A stretch of 64,000 bases of DNA, from contig OY763415.1 of assembly GCA_963667565.1 (NCBI GenBank), positions 1,152,001-1,216,000 on the forward strand, given 5' to 3'. The notes beneath the pieces are model-generated. The model was not told where the DNA came from, made no database searches, and saw only the letters and a program-made list of their open reading frames with translations. Below, piece after piece: positions 10,333 through 20,836 of this stretch (positions are counted from its first letter, which is position 1; each line of letters starts with the position of its first letter). This DNA comes from Acholeplasmataceae bacterium (lineage in GTDB: Bacteria; Bacillota_I; Bacilli_A; Acholeplasmatales; Acholeplasmataceae). The translations under genes were made by a program, and so were the position numbers.

Positions 10333-10811
10333 AATAAACCCTCAATATCTTTTATGATGATGTGTTCTTTAACAGAGACCACAAATTCATTACGAAATGG
10401 GATGAGTGATTTTTTATCTTTTGTTTTTATTTCCAAAAGATGTCCTTGAGGTACTTCAATCACACTAATGACAAATCCTACTTTTTCACCATTTTCTAAG
10501 AATACATCTTTTTTAATGAGTTCATCATAATAGTATTCATCATCTTCAATACTTTCGCTTTTTTCGCTTGCATAAACAAACAATCCTTTAAATGGTAATA
10601 CTTCATTAATATTTTCAAATGATCTAAATTTAACAATCAAAATATTTTTATGAGGTCTTACGCGTTCTATGATTAATGGTTTATACGTGTTATTAGATTC
10701 TAAAACATAGATTGTTTCATTTGCTTCAAAGCGATCAAAATCACTTAAATTGTAAATGTTGACTTCGCCTTTTATGCCATGTGTATTAACAATTTTTCCA
10801 ATTTGATACAT
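10329..10811 (-). CDS. rimM: Ribosome maturation factor RimM
   Basis: IGKIVNTHGIKGEV; canonical position. Confidence 0.95.
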   Translation of the reverse strand: MYQIGKIVNTHGIKGEVNIYNLSDFDRFEANETIYVLESNNTYKPLIIERVRPHKNILIVKFRSFENINEVLPFKGLFVYASEKSESIEDDEYYYDELIKKDVFLENGEKVGFVISVIEVPQGHLLEIKTKDKKSLIPFRNEFVVSVKEHIIIKDIEGLL

Positions 10812-10823
10812 ATTAATCTCTCA

Positions 10824-11072
10824 TTAAAATGAGTCAATATCAATGTGGACATGTTTATGCTCTCTTGATGCACCTGCATAAACGATGGTTCTCATTGCAC
10901 TTGCAATTTTACCACCTTTGCCAATGACACGACCTAAATCAGCTTCATTAACTAGAAGTTGGATGTTTATTGAATCTTCATCAGAAGATAAAACTTTTAC
11001 TAAAACATCATCTGGGTTAACGACTAATGGCACAATCATGTTTTTGATTAATTTTTCAAAATCTATAGCCAT
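10824..11072 (-). CDS. khpA: KH-domain RNA-binding protein KhpA
   Basis: DLGRVIGKGG; between rpsP and rimM. Confidence 0.92.
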   Translation of the reverse strand: MAIDFEKLIKNMIVPLVVNPDDVLVKVLSSDEDSINIQLLVNEADLGRVIGKGGKIASAMRTIVYAGASREHKHVHIDIDSF

Positions 11073-11089
11073 AACGATTCCCCCTTTAA

Positions 11090-11332
11090 TTATTTGCTTA
11101 ATACGTTGTATTTCTTAAATAAACTCTTTACAGTATCAGTAGGTTGAGCACCATTGTCTAGCCATTTTTGTACTTTTTCTGCACTGATAGAAACTTCACC
11201 TTTTAATGGTTCATATGTTCCTACGATTTCTAAGAATTTTCCATCTCTTGCTCTACTTGATTCACTTGCTACAACTCTGTAAAAAGGTTTCTTGTGAGAA
11301 CCAAAACGTTGTAAACGAATTTTAACTGCCAT
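11090..11332 (-). CDS. rpsP: 30S ribosomal protein S16
   Basis: [26 protein letters not shown]. Confidence 0.98.
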   Translation of the reverse strand: MAVKIRLQRFGSHKKPFYRVVASESSRARDGKFLEIVGTYEPLKGEVSISAEKVQKWLDNGAQPTDTVKSLFKKYNVLSK

Positions 11333-11414
11333 ATTTTGTTACACTCTCTTTCTTACATATTACATAGATATTATACAATATTTTTTCAATCTGTCAAGCC
11401 TTTTTACTTAACAG

Positions 11415-11642
11415 TTAAAAGTTTCTTGTTTCATCATATAATTGTGATAATGAGAAACCTTTAAATCCTTTTAATTTTTTAAGTTGTTTGCGAATGTTTT
11501 CTTCTTCTTTCTTATCCGCATAAACAACTACATAATTTGATTTACCCGATTGATAAGCGATATCAAGAGGAAGTGATTCTAAACTGTCTATAAAATCTTT
11601 CCCTTTGAAAAAAATAACATAAGATGCTCTTTCAGCCAACAT
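11415..11642 (-). CDS. YlbG family protein (UPF0298-like)
   Basis: 75 aa, Y.S.K..YVVVY pattern, follows a YlbF-like gene. Confidence 0.6.
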   Translation of the reverse strand: MLAERASYVIFFKGKDFIDSLESLPLDIAYQSGKSNYVVVYADKKEEENIRKQLKKLKGFKGFSLSQLYDETRNF

Positions 11643-12024
11643 GACAGCTACCTCCTTTTTTTACAATACCAAATGCATTTGGGCTTGGAATATTATCAGA
11701 AATGATGGATGTCATTTCAAATATGTAATCGTTAAGTTCCTTTTCAAATTCACGTTCCAAAGTGATATATTTGTCAACTTCTTTTTGATTGTATAAATGA
11801 GACTTAGTTTCACTAAGTTCTTTTGATACATCTTTGTAATCTGGATGATATTTTCCACCAGTATTCATCACATCTTGATATTTCAATTTTGCACGTTCAA
11901 ATAATTCTATTTCTTTTGGATATAATTGATCGATGCTCTTATTTAATCTTACGATTTCTTTAAGTGATGATGTTTCAACAATTTCTTCTGCAACATCATA
12001 TGCTTTCATAATGATTTCAGTCAA
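11632..12024 (-). CDS. YlbF family regulator
   Basis: GKYHPDY motif, C-terminal GGSC. Confidence 0.75.
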   Translation of the reverse strand: MTEIIMKAYDVAEEIVETSSLKEIVRLNKSIDQLYPKEIELFERAKLKYQDVMNTGGKYHPDYKDVSKELSETKSHLYNQKEVDKYITLEREFEKELNDYIFEMTSIISDNIPSPNAFGIVKKGGSCHVG

Positions 12025-12709
12025 AGATATCTTCCTTTCTAATTTCTTTATATGTACCTTCTTCTATATCTTTTAAAAGAAGTTTTCCTATCTTAATTCT
12101 CTTTAATTGTAACACTTTATAACCAATCGCTTCAAACATCCGCTTCACTTGATGAAATTTGCCTTCATCAATAGTGATTTGTGCACTCAAACCTTCAAAT
12201 GAAACATGTGATGCTTTTGCTAAATATGCTTCTTTTTTATCATCAAGAATCATAACGCCTTGAAGGAGCATATCGCATTTTTCAAAAGTCAGTACATCAT
12301 CTAATGTTGCAATATAGACTTTGTCTACATGTTTTTTGGGATGCGTGATCTCATGAATAAACTGACCATCTGTTGTAAGTATAATCAAGCCAGTCGTATC
12401 TATATCAAGTCTACCTGCGATAGAAAAATTAAATCGGTTATATGGCTCTTTTAATAAATCGGTTATACATGGATGTTTTTGATCTTTTGTTGCAGAAATA
12501 TATCCTTTAGGCTTGTTAAGTGCTAAATAGATTGGATCATTGTAATATAATTTAACTTCATCAATATATATATCCAAAAAAGGATCTACATTGAAACTAG
12601 GATCCATGATACGTATACCTTGATACATAATGTGGTGTTTTTTCATAAAAGATCTTGTTTGACTTCTACTTACATATTTAAGTTCTGATAACAACTTATC
12701 GATACGCAT
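12017..12709 (-). CDS. rsuA: 16S rRNA pseudouridine synthase (RsuA family)
   Basis: MRIDKLL, LNKPKGYIS, GRLDIDTTGL, EGKFHQVKRMF. Confidence 0.9.
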   Translation of the reverse strand: MRIDKLLSELKYVSRSQTRSFMKKHHIMYQGIRIMDPSFNVDPFLDIYIDEVKLYYNDPIYLALNKPKGYISATKDQKHPCITDLLKEPYNRFNFSIAGRLDIDTTGLIILTTDGQFIHEITHPKKHVDKVYIATLDDVLTFEKCDMLLQGVMILDDKKEAYLAKASHVSFEGLSAQITIDEGKFHQVKRMFEAIGYKVLQLKRIKIGKLLLKDIEEGTYKEIRKEDIFD

Positions 12710-12752
12710 TATATACTCCTTGTGATATAATTTAAATAAGAGGTGAATATCC

Positions 12753-13325
12753 ATGATTTTAATGAAAGATATCATAAGAGAAGGTCATAAGACACTCACA
12801 ACTGTTGCTAAAGAAGTTAAATTACCCTTAAGCAAAACAGATAAAAAACTATTAAAAGATTTATTACAATATGTAAAAAATTCTCAAGATCCTGATTTCG
12901 TTGAAAAATATCAAATCAGACCAGCTGTAGGTATTGCAGCACCTCAAGTTAATCAATCAAAACGCATGTTTGCAGTTCATGTTGAAGATTTTGATGGTGT
13001 TCTATATTCATATGCTTTAGTTAATCCTAAAATTACTAAGAAAAGTACTTCACTGATATACTTACCTGGTGGCGAAGGTTGCTTAAGCGTTGATAGAGAA
13101 ACCGAAGGATTAACGCCTAGATATGAATCCATTACGATTGAATCATTAGCTTACGATGAAGCAACCGATAAATTATTTCCTATTAAATTAGATTTAAATG
13201 GATATATCGGAATTGTATTTCAACATGAATATGATCATATCGATGGTATTTTATACGTTTCTAAATTATTCCCATCAATTCCTAATGCAAAACCTGCTTT
13301 TGAATTTACTACTGAAGAGAACTAA
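12753..13325 (+). CDS. def: Peptide deformylase
   Basis: GIAAPQ, EGCLS, QHEYDH. Confidence 0.97.
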   Translation: MILMKDIIREGHKTLTTVAKEVKLPLSKTDKKLLKDLLQYVKNSQDPDFVEKYQIRPAVGIAAPQVNQSKRMFAVHVEDFDGVLYSYALVNPKITKKSTSLIYLPGGEGCLSVDRETEGLTPRYESITIESLAYDEATDKLFPIKLDLNGYIGIVFQHEYDHIDGILYVSKLFPSIPNAKPAFEFTTEEN

Positions 13326-14231
13326 TTATTTAAACAACATATTTAATAATTTAATCTGATTATCTAAAATGTCATCATAGGTGGCATTTTTTGTTTCTTC
13401 ATTTGGAAAAATCACTTTAGATATTTCATTTCTTTGGTTCTCTTTTTGCTTATTTTGTTTAGATTGAAATAATGCTTTGAAACCTTTAGGCTTTGGTGTT
13501 TCTTCAAATATTTCTTTATAAAATTGATTATCAATTAATAAAAAGCCTTTATAGTTGTCTCTCATCAATTTCTTAAATAAAGATACGACATCAGCTTTCC
13601 CATAACCAAGTAATTTTGGAATGCCATCTTTAGTCGCATCATGACATGCAAAAGCTGCAATATGTTTTTTTAATAATCTATAATTGGTTGTAGTCGATTG
13701 ATCTTGTGTCATGATATGAACTGGATCAAACAAAATAGATAATACATTGGTTTTATATTTTTTAAAAATATATGTATATGTATTTAATTTATAATCAGAT
13801 GTTGGATATAAAATGATTTTTTTGCCTGCTTTATTTGCTAAATTGACAAAATCTTCAAGTCTTTTTTCAACATTTGGATATTCATCAATAATGTCGTTAA
13901 ATTTAAATAATCTTAAATAAATATGCGTAGCTTTAACTTTGTTCGCGATTTTAAGTGCATATCTAAATTGATCTAAAGCCTCTTCATGATGGTTTTGATT
14001 ATCCATTTTATATGGTTTGATTTCAGGATCAATAATGCTTACTTTCATTTTATGATCTTTAAGTAAATCTGTGATATGCTTTATTTGTTTTTCATCAACT
14101 TCAAATATATCCTTATGCTGATTAAATCTAATACATAATGTATCTAATTGATGCTTTTCAGCTAAATCAATTTGTTCTTCAATTGATAAGTTTTTATCGT
14201 GATCTAAAAAACCAGTAATTTTTGCTTTCAT
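13326..14231 (-). CDS. Sugar-phosphate isomerase/epimerase-like TIM-barrel protein (degenerate)
   Basis: ITGFLD, FDPVH, G.GKAD and YKGFL patterns of the AP-endonuclease-2 fold; ATG overlaps the upstream TGA. Confidence 0.6.
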   Translation of the reverse strand: MKAKITGFLDHDKNLSIEEQIDLAEKHQLDTLCIRFNQHKDIFEVDEKQIKHITDLLKDHKMKVSIIDPEIKPYKMDNQNHHEEALDQFRYALKIANKVKATHIYLRLFKFNDIIDEYPNVEKRLEDFVNLANKAGKKIILYPTSDYKLNTYTYIFKKYKTNVLSILFDPVHIMTQDQSTTTNYRLLKKHIAAFACHDATKDGIPKLLGYGKADVVSLFKKLMRDNYKGFLLIDNQFYKEIFEETPKPKGFKALFQSKQNKQKENQRNEISKVIFPNEETKNATYDDILDNQIKLLNMLFK

Positions 14232-14932
14232 CAAAAATTCCTCCATTCATACATGATAATTGCGCCAGCAACACTGACATTCAAACTTTCAACATGTTTA
14301 GTTTCGATAGTTACAAATTGATCAATAAGTGGTTTGATATTGTTATTTATACCATGTCCTTCATTTCCTAAAATAAGCGCTATTTTTTGATGTTCTACAT
14401 GTACATCATGACTTTGATGCGCATCAGCACCAACAATATAAAACCCATTTTCTTTTAAATCTTTAAGTGCTTCATCAAGCGGTTTTCTTTCGATAAAACA
14501 TTGAAATAACGCACCTTTAGAAGCCCTGATTGTTTTCTCGTTATAAATGTCTGCACTTTGATGACTTAAAATGATATGATTAAAACCAAATGCCGATGCA
14601 CTTCTTAACAATGCACCTACATTGTCTGGGTCTTGTACATCATCTAAAACAAGAACTCTATCAGATGATATAATTGGATTTAATTTTTTGCATAATCCAA
14701 TCTCATCAATCCATGAAGATGTTTGTTGAAGATCTTTCATGAGTTCTTCTGAAATCAAGATTCCTTCTTTTTCTTCATTAGATGTGATTACATCAACGAG
14801 TGCATTGTTTTCTTTTGCAAGTTCAATTAAATGTTTACCATAAACTAAAAACATTTGCTCTATGTCTCTATATTTTTTGGTTTTTAATTTGACCCAAGTC
14901 TTAAATTGTTTATTTTGTTTAGAGAGAATCAA
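14231..14932 (-). CDS. TrmH/SpoU family RNA methyltransferase
   Basis: QDPDNVGALLRSA, LGNEGHG, ESLNVSVA. Confidence 0.93.
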   Translation of the reverse strand: MILSKQNKQFKTWVKLKTKKYRDIEQMFLVYGKHLIELAKENNALVDVITSNEEKEGILISEELMKDLQQTSSWIDEIGLCKKLNPIISSDRVLVLDDVQDPDNVGALLRSASAFGFNHIILSHQSADIYNEKTIRASKGALFQCFIERKPLDEALKDLKENGFYIVGADAHQSHDVHVEHQKIALILGNEGHGINNNIKPLIDQFVTIETKHVESLNVSVAGAIIMYEWRNF

Positions 14933-16184
14933 TAGTCTCAGCTCTTTCTTTTAAATAGTTTTGATATGCTTCTTTAACATCAAATCCATAATCTTGAATT
15001 TGAAAATCAAAGTCTTTTGTGATCACTAAAGTGATGATACCTTCAAAAGCTTGTTCTAATTGTTTCATTTGAATAGCTCTTTCATATTTTTCAGCATAAT
15101 GAACCTTAGGTTTAGTCACTGGATTTTTTGGCACATAAACGCTGCAACAATCATTAAAAGGTCTTATTGATATTTCATACGTGCCTATTTTTTTTGATAA
15201 TTCAATGGTTTCTATTTTATCGTAAGTAATCAGTGGTCTTAAAATCGGAAGTTTAGTTACAGCTTCAATAGCTCTCATACTTTCCAAGGTTTGGCTAGCG
15301 ACCTGTCCTACAGATTCACCATTAATTAAGCAAATATCTTTTTGTTTGATAGCAACCATTTCAGCAATCTTATACATCATCCGTCTCATTACTGTAATGA
15401 TATATGGATCATATACATCTTTCAATAAAGTCTCATGAATATCAATAAACGGAACTAAATGTAACTTGATTTTTCCAGGTCCTGTGAATGATGCCAGCAC
15501 TTTTGATAAATCAATCACTTTTTGAACAGATTCCAATGGGGTAAGTGGTGTCGATTCAAAATGAATGAGTTCTACTTCTACACCTTGTTTCATAGCAAGA
15601 TATGTTGCAATCGGACTATCAAGTCCACCACTCATCATCATGAGTCCTTTTCCTGCAACACCATATGGAAATCCACCCATCATCATGATTTGATTCAAAT
15701 ATATAAATGTTTGTTCTTTTCTAATCTCAATATTAAGAATTTGATCTGGATGATGGACATCGACCATGATAGATTTGTCATATGCTTTTAATATTTTAGG
15801 AGCAATCAGCTTAGTAAACTCTAAACTTGTATATGGAAACAGTTTATCTGCTCTTTTAGTCTCAATTTTAATCGTGTGATCTTTAGGTGTTAAATATTGA
15901 TTTAAAACCTGTACAGATACTTTGACGATATCTTCAATTTCATTGGTAGAATTAAAGATGACACTAATAGAGTAAATACCCGGAATCTTCTTTAATTCAC
16001 TTATTATTTTTTCTTCATCTTCTTCATTGTAATTCACATAGATACGATCATGAGGTAACTCATATGAAACATCATATGGTTTTAGATTATGTCTGACATG
16101 CTGTCTCACCGCTCTAATGAAAAAACCAATGTTTTTGCCTTTGAGCATCAAGTCTCCAAATCGTATTAATATTTTTTTCTTCAT
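14919..16184 (-). CDS. thiI: tRNA 4-thiouridine synthase
   Basis: THUMP domain, SGGLDS, GQVASQT, DCC. Confidence 0.95.
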   Translation of the reverse strand: MKKKILIRFGDLMLKGKNIGFFIRAVRQHVRHNLKPYDVSYELPHDRIYVNYNEEDEEKIISELKKIPGIYSISVIFNSTNEIEDIVKVSVQVLNQYLTPKDHTIKIETKRADKLFPYTSLEFTKLIAPKILKAYDKSIMVDVHHPDQILNIEIRKEQTFIYLNQIMMMGGFPYGVAGKGLMMMSGGLDSPIATYLAMKQGVEVELIHFESTPLTPLESVQKVIDLSKVLASFTGPGKIKLHLVPFIDIHETLLKDVYDPYIITVMRRMMYKIAEMVAIKQKDICLINGESVGQVASQTLESMRAIEAVTKLPILRPLITYDKIETIELSKKIGTYEISIRPFNDCCSVYVPKNPVTKPKVHYAEKYERAIQMKQLEQAFEGIITLVITKDFDFQIQDYGFDVKEAYQNYLKERAETIDSL

Positions 16185-16238
16185 TTTATCACCATATACT
16201 ATTTTACCACATATGATATAATAAATTGGGTGATAGAT

Positions 16239-16697
16239 ATGAATTATAATGAATTATTACAAACTGCAGAAACCTTATTTGAAGATCAACCAAATCGCAT
16301 TTCTTTATTATCAAATGCTTCAGCTTTTTTAAATGAAGTGCTAGATCAAATGAATTGGATTGGATTTTATTTATATGATGGAAACAAGTTAACTGTTGGC
16401 CCTTTTCAAGGACGTGTTGCTTGTGCAACCATCGAACTTGGTATGGGTGTATGTGGAGAAGCTGCCATTAAAAAACAAACCATGTATGTATCAGATGTAT
16501 TAAATCATTCTAATCACATCGCATGCGATTCAAATAGCCGAAGTGAGGTCGTTATCCCGATGTATATCAATAACACTCTATTTGGCGTTTTAGACATTGA
16601 TAGTCCAATCTTGAATCGTTTTGATGAGGCACTCATCGCATTTTTAGAAAACATCACACGAATATTGTTAAAACAATTGACTTTTAATACCCTATAG
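16239..16697 (+). CDS. msrC: GAF-domain free methionine-R-sulfoxide reductase
   Basis: NWIGFY, GPFQG..AC, GVCG, HIACD, SEVVIP, LDIDSP. Confidence 0.88.
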   Translation: MNYNELLQTAETLFEDQPNRISLLSNASAFLNEVLDQMNWIGFYLYDGNKLTVGPFQGRVACATIELGMGVCGEAAIKKQTMYVSDVLNHSNHIACDSNSRSEVVIPMYINNTLFGVLDIDSPILNRFDEALIAFLENITRILLKQLTFNTL

Positions 16698-16705
16698 GGT
16701 AAAAT
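16677..16705 (+). promoter_or_regulatory. Sigma-A promoter of rpsD
   Basis: TTGACT-N17-TAAAAT. Confidence 0.7.
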
Positions 16706-16715
16706 TAATGGCGTC

Positions 16716-16842
16716 GGTAAAAAGCAGGCAAATTTTTAAATAAGAAGATATCCCTACTCTATAGGAGCCCTAAGTAACCTTTCTGCTTTAAGGTGAAAAG
16801 AACATCGGGATTAGCTTGTTCTTAAAAAATTGTATTTTTACC
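16716..16842 (+). promoter_or_regulatory. S4 autoregulatory leader (putative)
   Basis: Basal stem GGTAAAAA/TTTTTACC enclosing GTAACC and internal helices in a long rpsD 5' UTR. Confidence 0.55.
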
Positions 16843-16869
16843 ACCAAATCTAAAAGGAGGTAAAAAAAT

Positions 16870-17469
16870 ATGTCACGTTATGTAGGACCAACTTGGAAAA
16901 TCTCAAGACGTTTAGGTTATTCATTATCAGAAACTGGTAAAGAATTACAAAAACGCCCATATGCACCAGGACAACATGGTAAACGTCGTAGTAAAATAAG
17001 CGACTACGGTCAACAGTTACAAGAAAAACAAAAAGTTAGATTCACTTATGGTATTTCTGAAAAACAATTTAGAAAAACATTTGATGAAGCCGGAAAACTT
17101 AAAGGTATTCACGGTGAAAACTTCTTGAAATATCTTGAAGCTAGATTAGATAATGTAGTTTATCGTTTAGGTTTAGCGCGTACAAGAGCACAAGCTAGAC
17201 AAATCGTAAACCATGGTCACATCTTAGTTGATGGTAAAAAAGTAGATATTCCATCATACCGTTTAGTACCAGGACAAAAAATTCAACTTAGAGAAAAATC
17301 TAATGGATTAAAAATTGTTGCTGAAGCTCTAGAAGCTCAATTCGCAACTGTTGAATTTGTTGATTTCAACAAAGAAACAAACGTTGGTACATTCGTTAGA
17401 TACCCTGAAAGAAATGAAATTCTTCCAGATATTAACGAACAATTAATTGTCGAATTCTATAACAGATAA
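16870..17469 (+). CDS. rpsD: 30S ribosomal protein S4
   Basis: [34 protein letters not shown]. Confidence 0.98.
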   Translation: MSRYVGPTWKISRRLGYSLSETGKELQKRPYAPGQHGKRRSKISDYGQQLQEKQKVRFTYGISEKQFRKTFDEAGKLKGIHGENFLKYLEARLDNVVYRLGLARTRAQARQIVNHGHILVDGKKVDIPSYRLVPGQKIQLREKSNGLKIVAEALEAQFATVEFVDFNKETNVGTFVRYPERNEILPDINEQLIVEFYNR

Positions 17470-17547
17470 TTAAAAAACAAAAATAAAAACTTATAGTTTA
17501 TTCTATAAGTTTTTTTTATGCATAAAAAAAATCCTTCTATTGAAGGA

Positions 17548-18309
17548 TTATTTATTAAGTGCAGCTTTAGCAAGTGCTAAAAATGAAGCAGGATCTAATG
17601 AAGCACCACCAATGAGGGCTCCATCAATATCACTTTGTGCAAGTAATTCATCAATATTTGATGGCTTAACTGAGCCACCATATAAGATTCTTAATTGATT
17701 TGCAACATGTTCATTATATAATTTTTTGACAACATTTCTAATTGCTTTTATTGTTTCATTTGCTTGTTCTTTAGTCGCAGTTTTACCTGTACCAATAGCC
17801 CAAATTGGCTCATATGCAATGATTGTTTGAAGTGCTTCTTCAGCACTTACATTTAGATATGCTTTAACTACTTGTGCTTCTACAACTTCATCAGTTGTTC
17901 CGGCTTCTCTAATTTCTAATGATTCACCCACACAAACAATAGGTGTGATTTCTGATGCTACAGCTTTCTTTAATTTAAGATTTACTGTTTCATCTGTTTC
18001 ATTATAGTAAGCTCTTCTTTCACTATGTCCAATAACGGCATATGTAACACCATATGATTTTAACATAGGGGCAGAAATCTCACCTGTATATGCACCTTCA
18101 TCTAAATAATGCATATTTTGTGCACCAATCGCAAGGTTTTCACCTTCACGTTTAACTAAGTCTCTCAAAAAAATTGCAGGTGCGCAAATGACTGTTTCAA
18201 CATCTTCTTTTGCTGGTAATTCTTGGTTTACTGCATAAATAAAAGCAAGCGCGTCGTCTTTTGTTTTATACATCTTCCAATTTCCAGCAATAACTGGTCT
18301 TCTACTCAT
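17548..18309 (-). CDS. tpiA: Triosephosphate isomerase
   Basis: AGNWKM, GHSERR, AYEPIWAIGTG, YGGSV. Confidence 0.98.
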   Translation of the reverse strand: MSRRPVIAGNWKMYKTKDDALAFIYAVNQELPAKEDVETVICAPAIFLRDLVKREGENLAIGAQNMHYLDEGAYTGEISAPMLKSYGVTYAVIGHSERRAYYNETDETVNLKLKKAVASEITPIVCVGESLEIREAGTTDEVVEAQVVKAYLNVSAEEALQTIIAYEPIWAIGTGKTATKEQANETIKAIRNVVKKLYNEHVANQLRILYGGSVKPSNIDELLAQSDIDGALIGGASLDPASFLALAKAALNK

Positions 18310-18310
18310 A

Positions 18311-18556
18311 TTATCCTAAGATTGAAGAAACATCTTTGATTGCTTCTTCAGCTCTAGATCCTTTTGCTACAATTTTAACGTTTTCCCCATAAGGCACTGC
18401 GAGAGACATAAGTGCCAAAATTGATTTAAGGTCAACAATTTTATCCTTGTAATGTAATTCAATATCAACTGCATACTTTGAAGCGGTTTGTACTACTTTT
18501 GCAGCTAACTGTGCATGTAATCCAGCAGTACTTTTGATCGTAATTTCTTTTTCCAT
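18311..18556 (-). CDS. ptsH: HPr family phosphocarrier protein
   Basis: GLHA (His15) and KSILALMSL (Ser46) motifs. Confidence 0.85.
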   Translation of the reverse strand: MEKEITIKSTAGLHAQLAAKVVQTASKYAVDIELHYKDKIVDLKSILALMSLAVPYGENVKIVAKGSRAEEAIKDVSSILG

Positions 18557-18569
18557 TTTAAACTCCTTT

Positions 18570-19112
18570 TTAAAACATTGGTGGTGTGCTTATCCACAAT
18601 ATTTTTGTGTGTTGATTTGATTGATTCAACAAATAATGTTCTTTGTTTGCTAAGTAATAGAAAGTTTCACCTTTTCTAATCACATAACGTTTTTTATTAA
18701 GGACTAAAATCACTTGTCCTTCTAATACATAACCAAATTCTTCGCCCGGATGTGGATCATCTATTTCTGATTGTCCTCCCGGTTCTATATCAATGATAAT
18801 TGGTTCCATTTCATATTTTAACGCATTAGGAACAATCCAACTAATCATATGCTTAAGTTGTTCATTTTCTTTCTCATAAAAATCATCTTTCTTAAATACA
18901 ACTGTTTGTTCTTCTTCTAATGAGAAAAATTGATGAACATCTGTACCTAAAACTTCAAGTAAAGAAAAGAATGTTTGCATAGAGGGTGAAGTTAAATTAT
19001 TTTCAAGTTGTGAAATGTATCCCTTGGTTAATTCAAGTCGATTTGCAAGTTCTTCTTGTGTAAGATTATTGCCTAATCTTAACGCTCTGATCTTTTTTCC
19101 AATATCGATCAT
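18570..19112 (-). CDS. XRE-HTH plus cupin regulator (PuuR-like)
   Basis: LTQEELA...[21 protein letters not shown]. Confidence 0.88.
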   Translation of the reverse strand: MIDIGKKIRALRLGNNLTQEELANRLELTKGYISQLENNLTSPSMQTFFSLLEVLGTDVHQFFSLEEEQTVVFKKDDFYEKENEQLKHMISWIVPNALKYEMEPIIIDIEPGGQSEIDDPHPGEEFGYVLEGQVILVLNKKRYVIRKGETFYYLANKEHYLLNQSNQHTKILWISTPPMF

Positions 19113-20305
19113 TTATTGTCAACGCATTCAATACCTGGAAGCACTTTACCTTCAAGATATTCTAGTGATGCGCCACCACCAGTTGAAATGTGTGTAAATC
19201 CATCAGCTAATCCAAATTGGATTACTGCTGCTGCAGAGTCCCCGCCACCAATAATGGTAGTTGCTTGATCTTTGATATCAACTAATGCTTCTGCAACGCT
19301 TCTTGTACCTTCTGCAAATCTTGGAAATTCAAATACACCAAGTGGTCCATTCCAAACAACTGTTTTTGCTTCTTTAATATATGATTCAAATTTAGCTATT
19401 GTTCTAGGTCCAATATCCATACCCATTTCATCTGCTGGAATACTATCTATGCTTCTTACATTTTTTTCGCTTTCTGGATTAAATTCTTTAGCTGTCATCA
19501 CATCATCACCTAAAGCAATTTTTCCATCTGCTAATTCTAGTAATTCTTTAGCTAAATCTACTTTGTCTGCTTCTAATAAACTCTTACCAATTTCAAAACC
19601 TTGAGCTTTGAAGAATGTATAAGCCATACCACCGCCGATTAAGACATGGTCAGCAATCTTTAATAAATTCTTAATGACTTCAATTTTATCAGACACTTTA
19701 GCGCCACCTAAAATTGCGACAAATGGTCTTTGTGGATTTTCTAATGTTCCACCAATAAAATTGATTTCTTTTTCTAATAAGAATCCAGCTACTGTATTTT
19801 TAATATTATTTGAAATACCAACATTTGAAGCATGTGCTCTATGTGCAGTACCAAATGCATCAATGACTAATAAATCACCAAGTGATGCCCAATATTTACC
19901 TAATTCAGGATCATTTTTACTTTCTTTTTTACCTTCTAAATCTTCAAAACGTGTATTTTCAAACATTAAGATTTCACCATCGTTTAATTGATTGATTGCA
20001 TCTTCAAGTTCTTTTCCTCTGGTTTGTGGAACGAAAGTAACATTTTGATTAAGAAGTTCACTCAATCTTTGTGCCACTGGACGAAGTGTCATTGTTTCCA
20101 AATCTTTTGCTTCTTTAACACGTCCTAGATGTGAGAACACAATTGCTTTTCCACCATTTTCTAAAATATATTTAATGGTTGGTAATGCTTCAACAATTCT
20201 ATTTTCATCTGTGATTTTTCCATCTTTCATTGGAACATTGAAATCAACACGCACTAATACTTTTTTACCTTTTACATCGATGTCTTTTACTGTTTTCTTT
20301 GCCAT
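19109..20305 (-). CDS. pgk: Phosphoglycerate kinase
   Basis: [35 protein letters not shown]. Confidence 0.98.
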   Translation of the reverse strand: MAKKTVKDIDVKGKKVLVRVDFNVPMKDGKITDENRIVEALPTIKYILENGGKAIVFSHLGRVKEAKDLETMTLRPVAQRLSELLNQNVTFVPQTRGKELEDAINQLNDGEILMFENTRFEDLEGKKESKNDPELGKYWASLGDLLVIDAFGTAHRAHASNVGISNNIKNTVAGFLLEKEINFIGGTLENPQRPFVAILGGAKVSDKIEVIKNLLKIADHVLIGGGMAYTFFKAQGFEIGKSLLEADKVDLAKELLELADGKIALGDDVMTAKEFNPESEKNVRSIDSIPADEMGMDIGPRTIAKFESYIKEAKTVVWNGPLGVFEFPRFAEGTRSVAEALVDIKDQATTIIGGGDSAAAVIQFGLADGFTHISTGGGASLEYLEGKVLPGIECVDNK

Positions 20306-20386
20306 ATAGATATCCTCCTATATATATGTTATCGTGTGTTTTAACCGAATATATTATATCATTATTTATAGTCATTTTCTATAATA

Positions 20387-20800
20387 TTAGACATGAAAAT
20401 GTTTACTTAACATGTTTCTAATTTGTTTTAAACGATTGTTTTGTTTATTTATTGAATTTAGACTCGTATTTACATATATTTTGTGCATGCTAAAAAAAGT
20501 AATACATACCCCTTCTTCACCCATTCGCATATCTTTGATCAAAACGCTATTGATCCATATATTTTCATAGTTTCTTGTGTTTTCTATAGGAAACAGTTGA
20601 AGAACTTCATCAACATATAATGGAAGTTTGTATGACATATCTAATTTTTTTCTAACTGCTTTTTTATATCCTTCATAAGAAAACAATTTCTCATAACATA
20701 AACTTTTTATGATAGATATCATAGGTTTATTTAAATATAGTATTTCGTTTGTTTTAACAACTTTGGTCATTAAACCTTCATGTTTGATATATTCAATCAT
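20387..20800 (-). CDS. ComK family protein
   Basis: SYEG...YKLPL...LFP...ENIWIN pattern of ComK. Confidence 0.65.
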   Translation of the reverse strand: MIEYIKHEGLMTKVVKTNEILYLNKPMISIIKSLCYEKLFSYEGYKKAVRKKLDMSYKLPLYVDEVLQLFPIENTRNYENIWINSVLIKDMRMGEEGVCITFFSMHKIYVNTSLNSINKQNNRLKQIRNMLSKHFHV

Positions 20801-20811
20801 ATTTTTTCAAT

Positions 20812-20836
20812 AAAAAAAGGCTTATTCAGCCTTTTT
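20812..20836. terminator. Intrinsic terminator after msmX
   Basis: A7-GGCT-TATTC-AGCC-T5. Confidence 0.7.
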
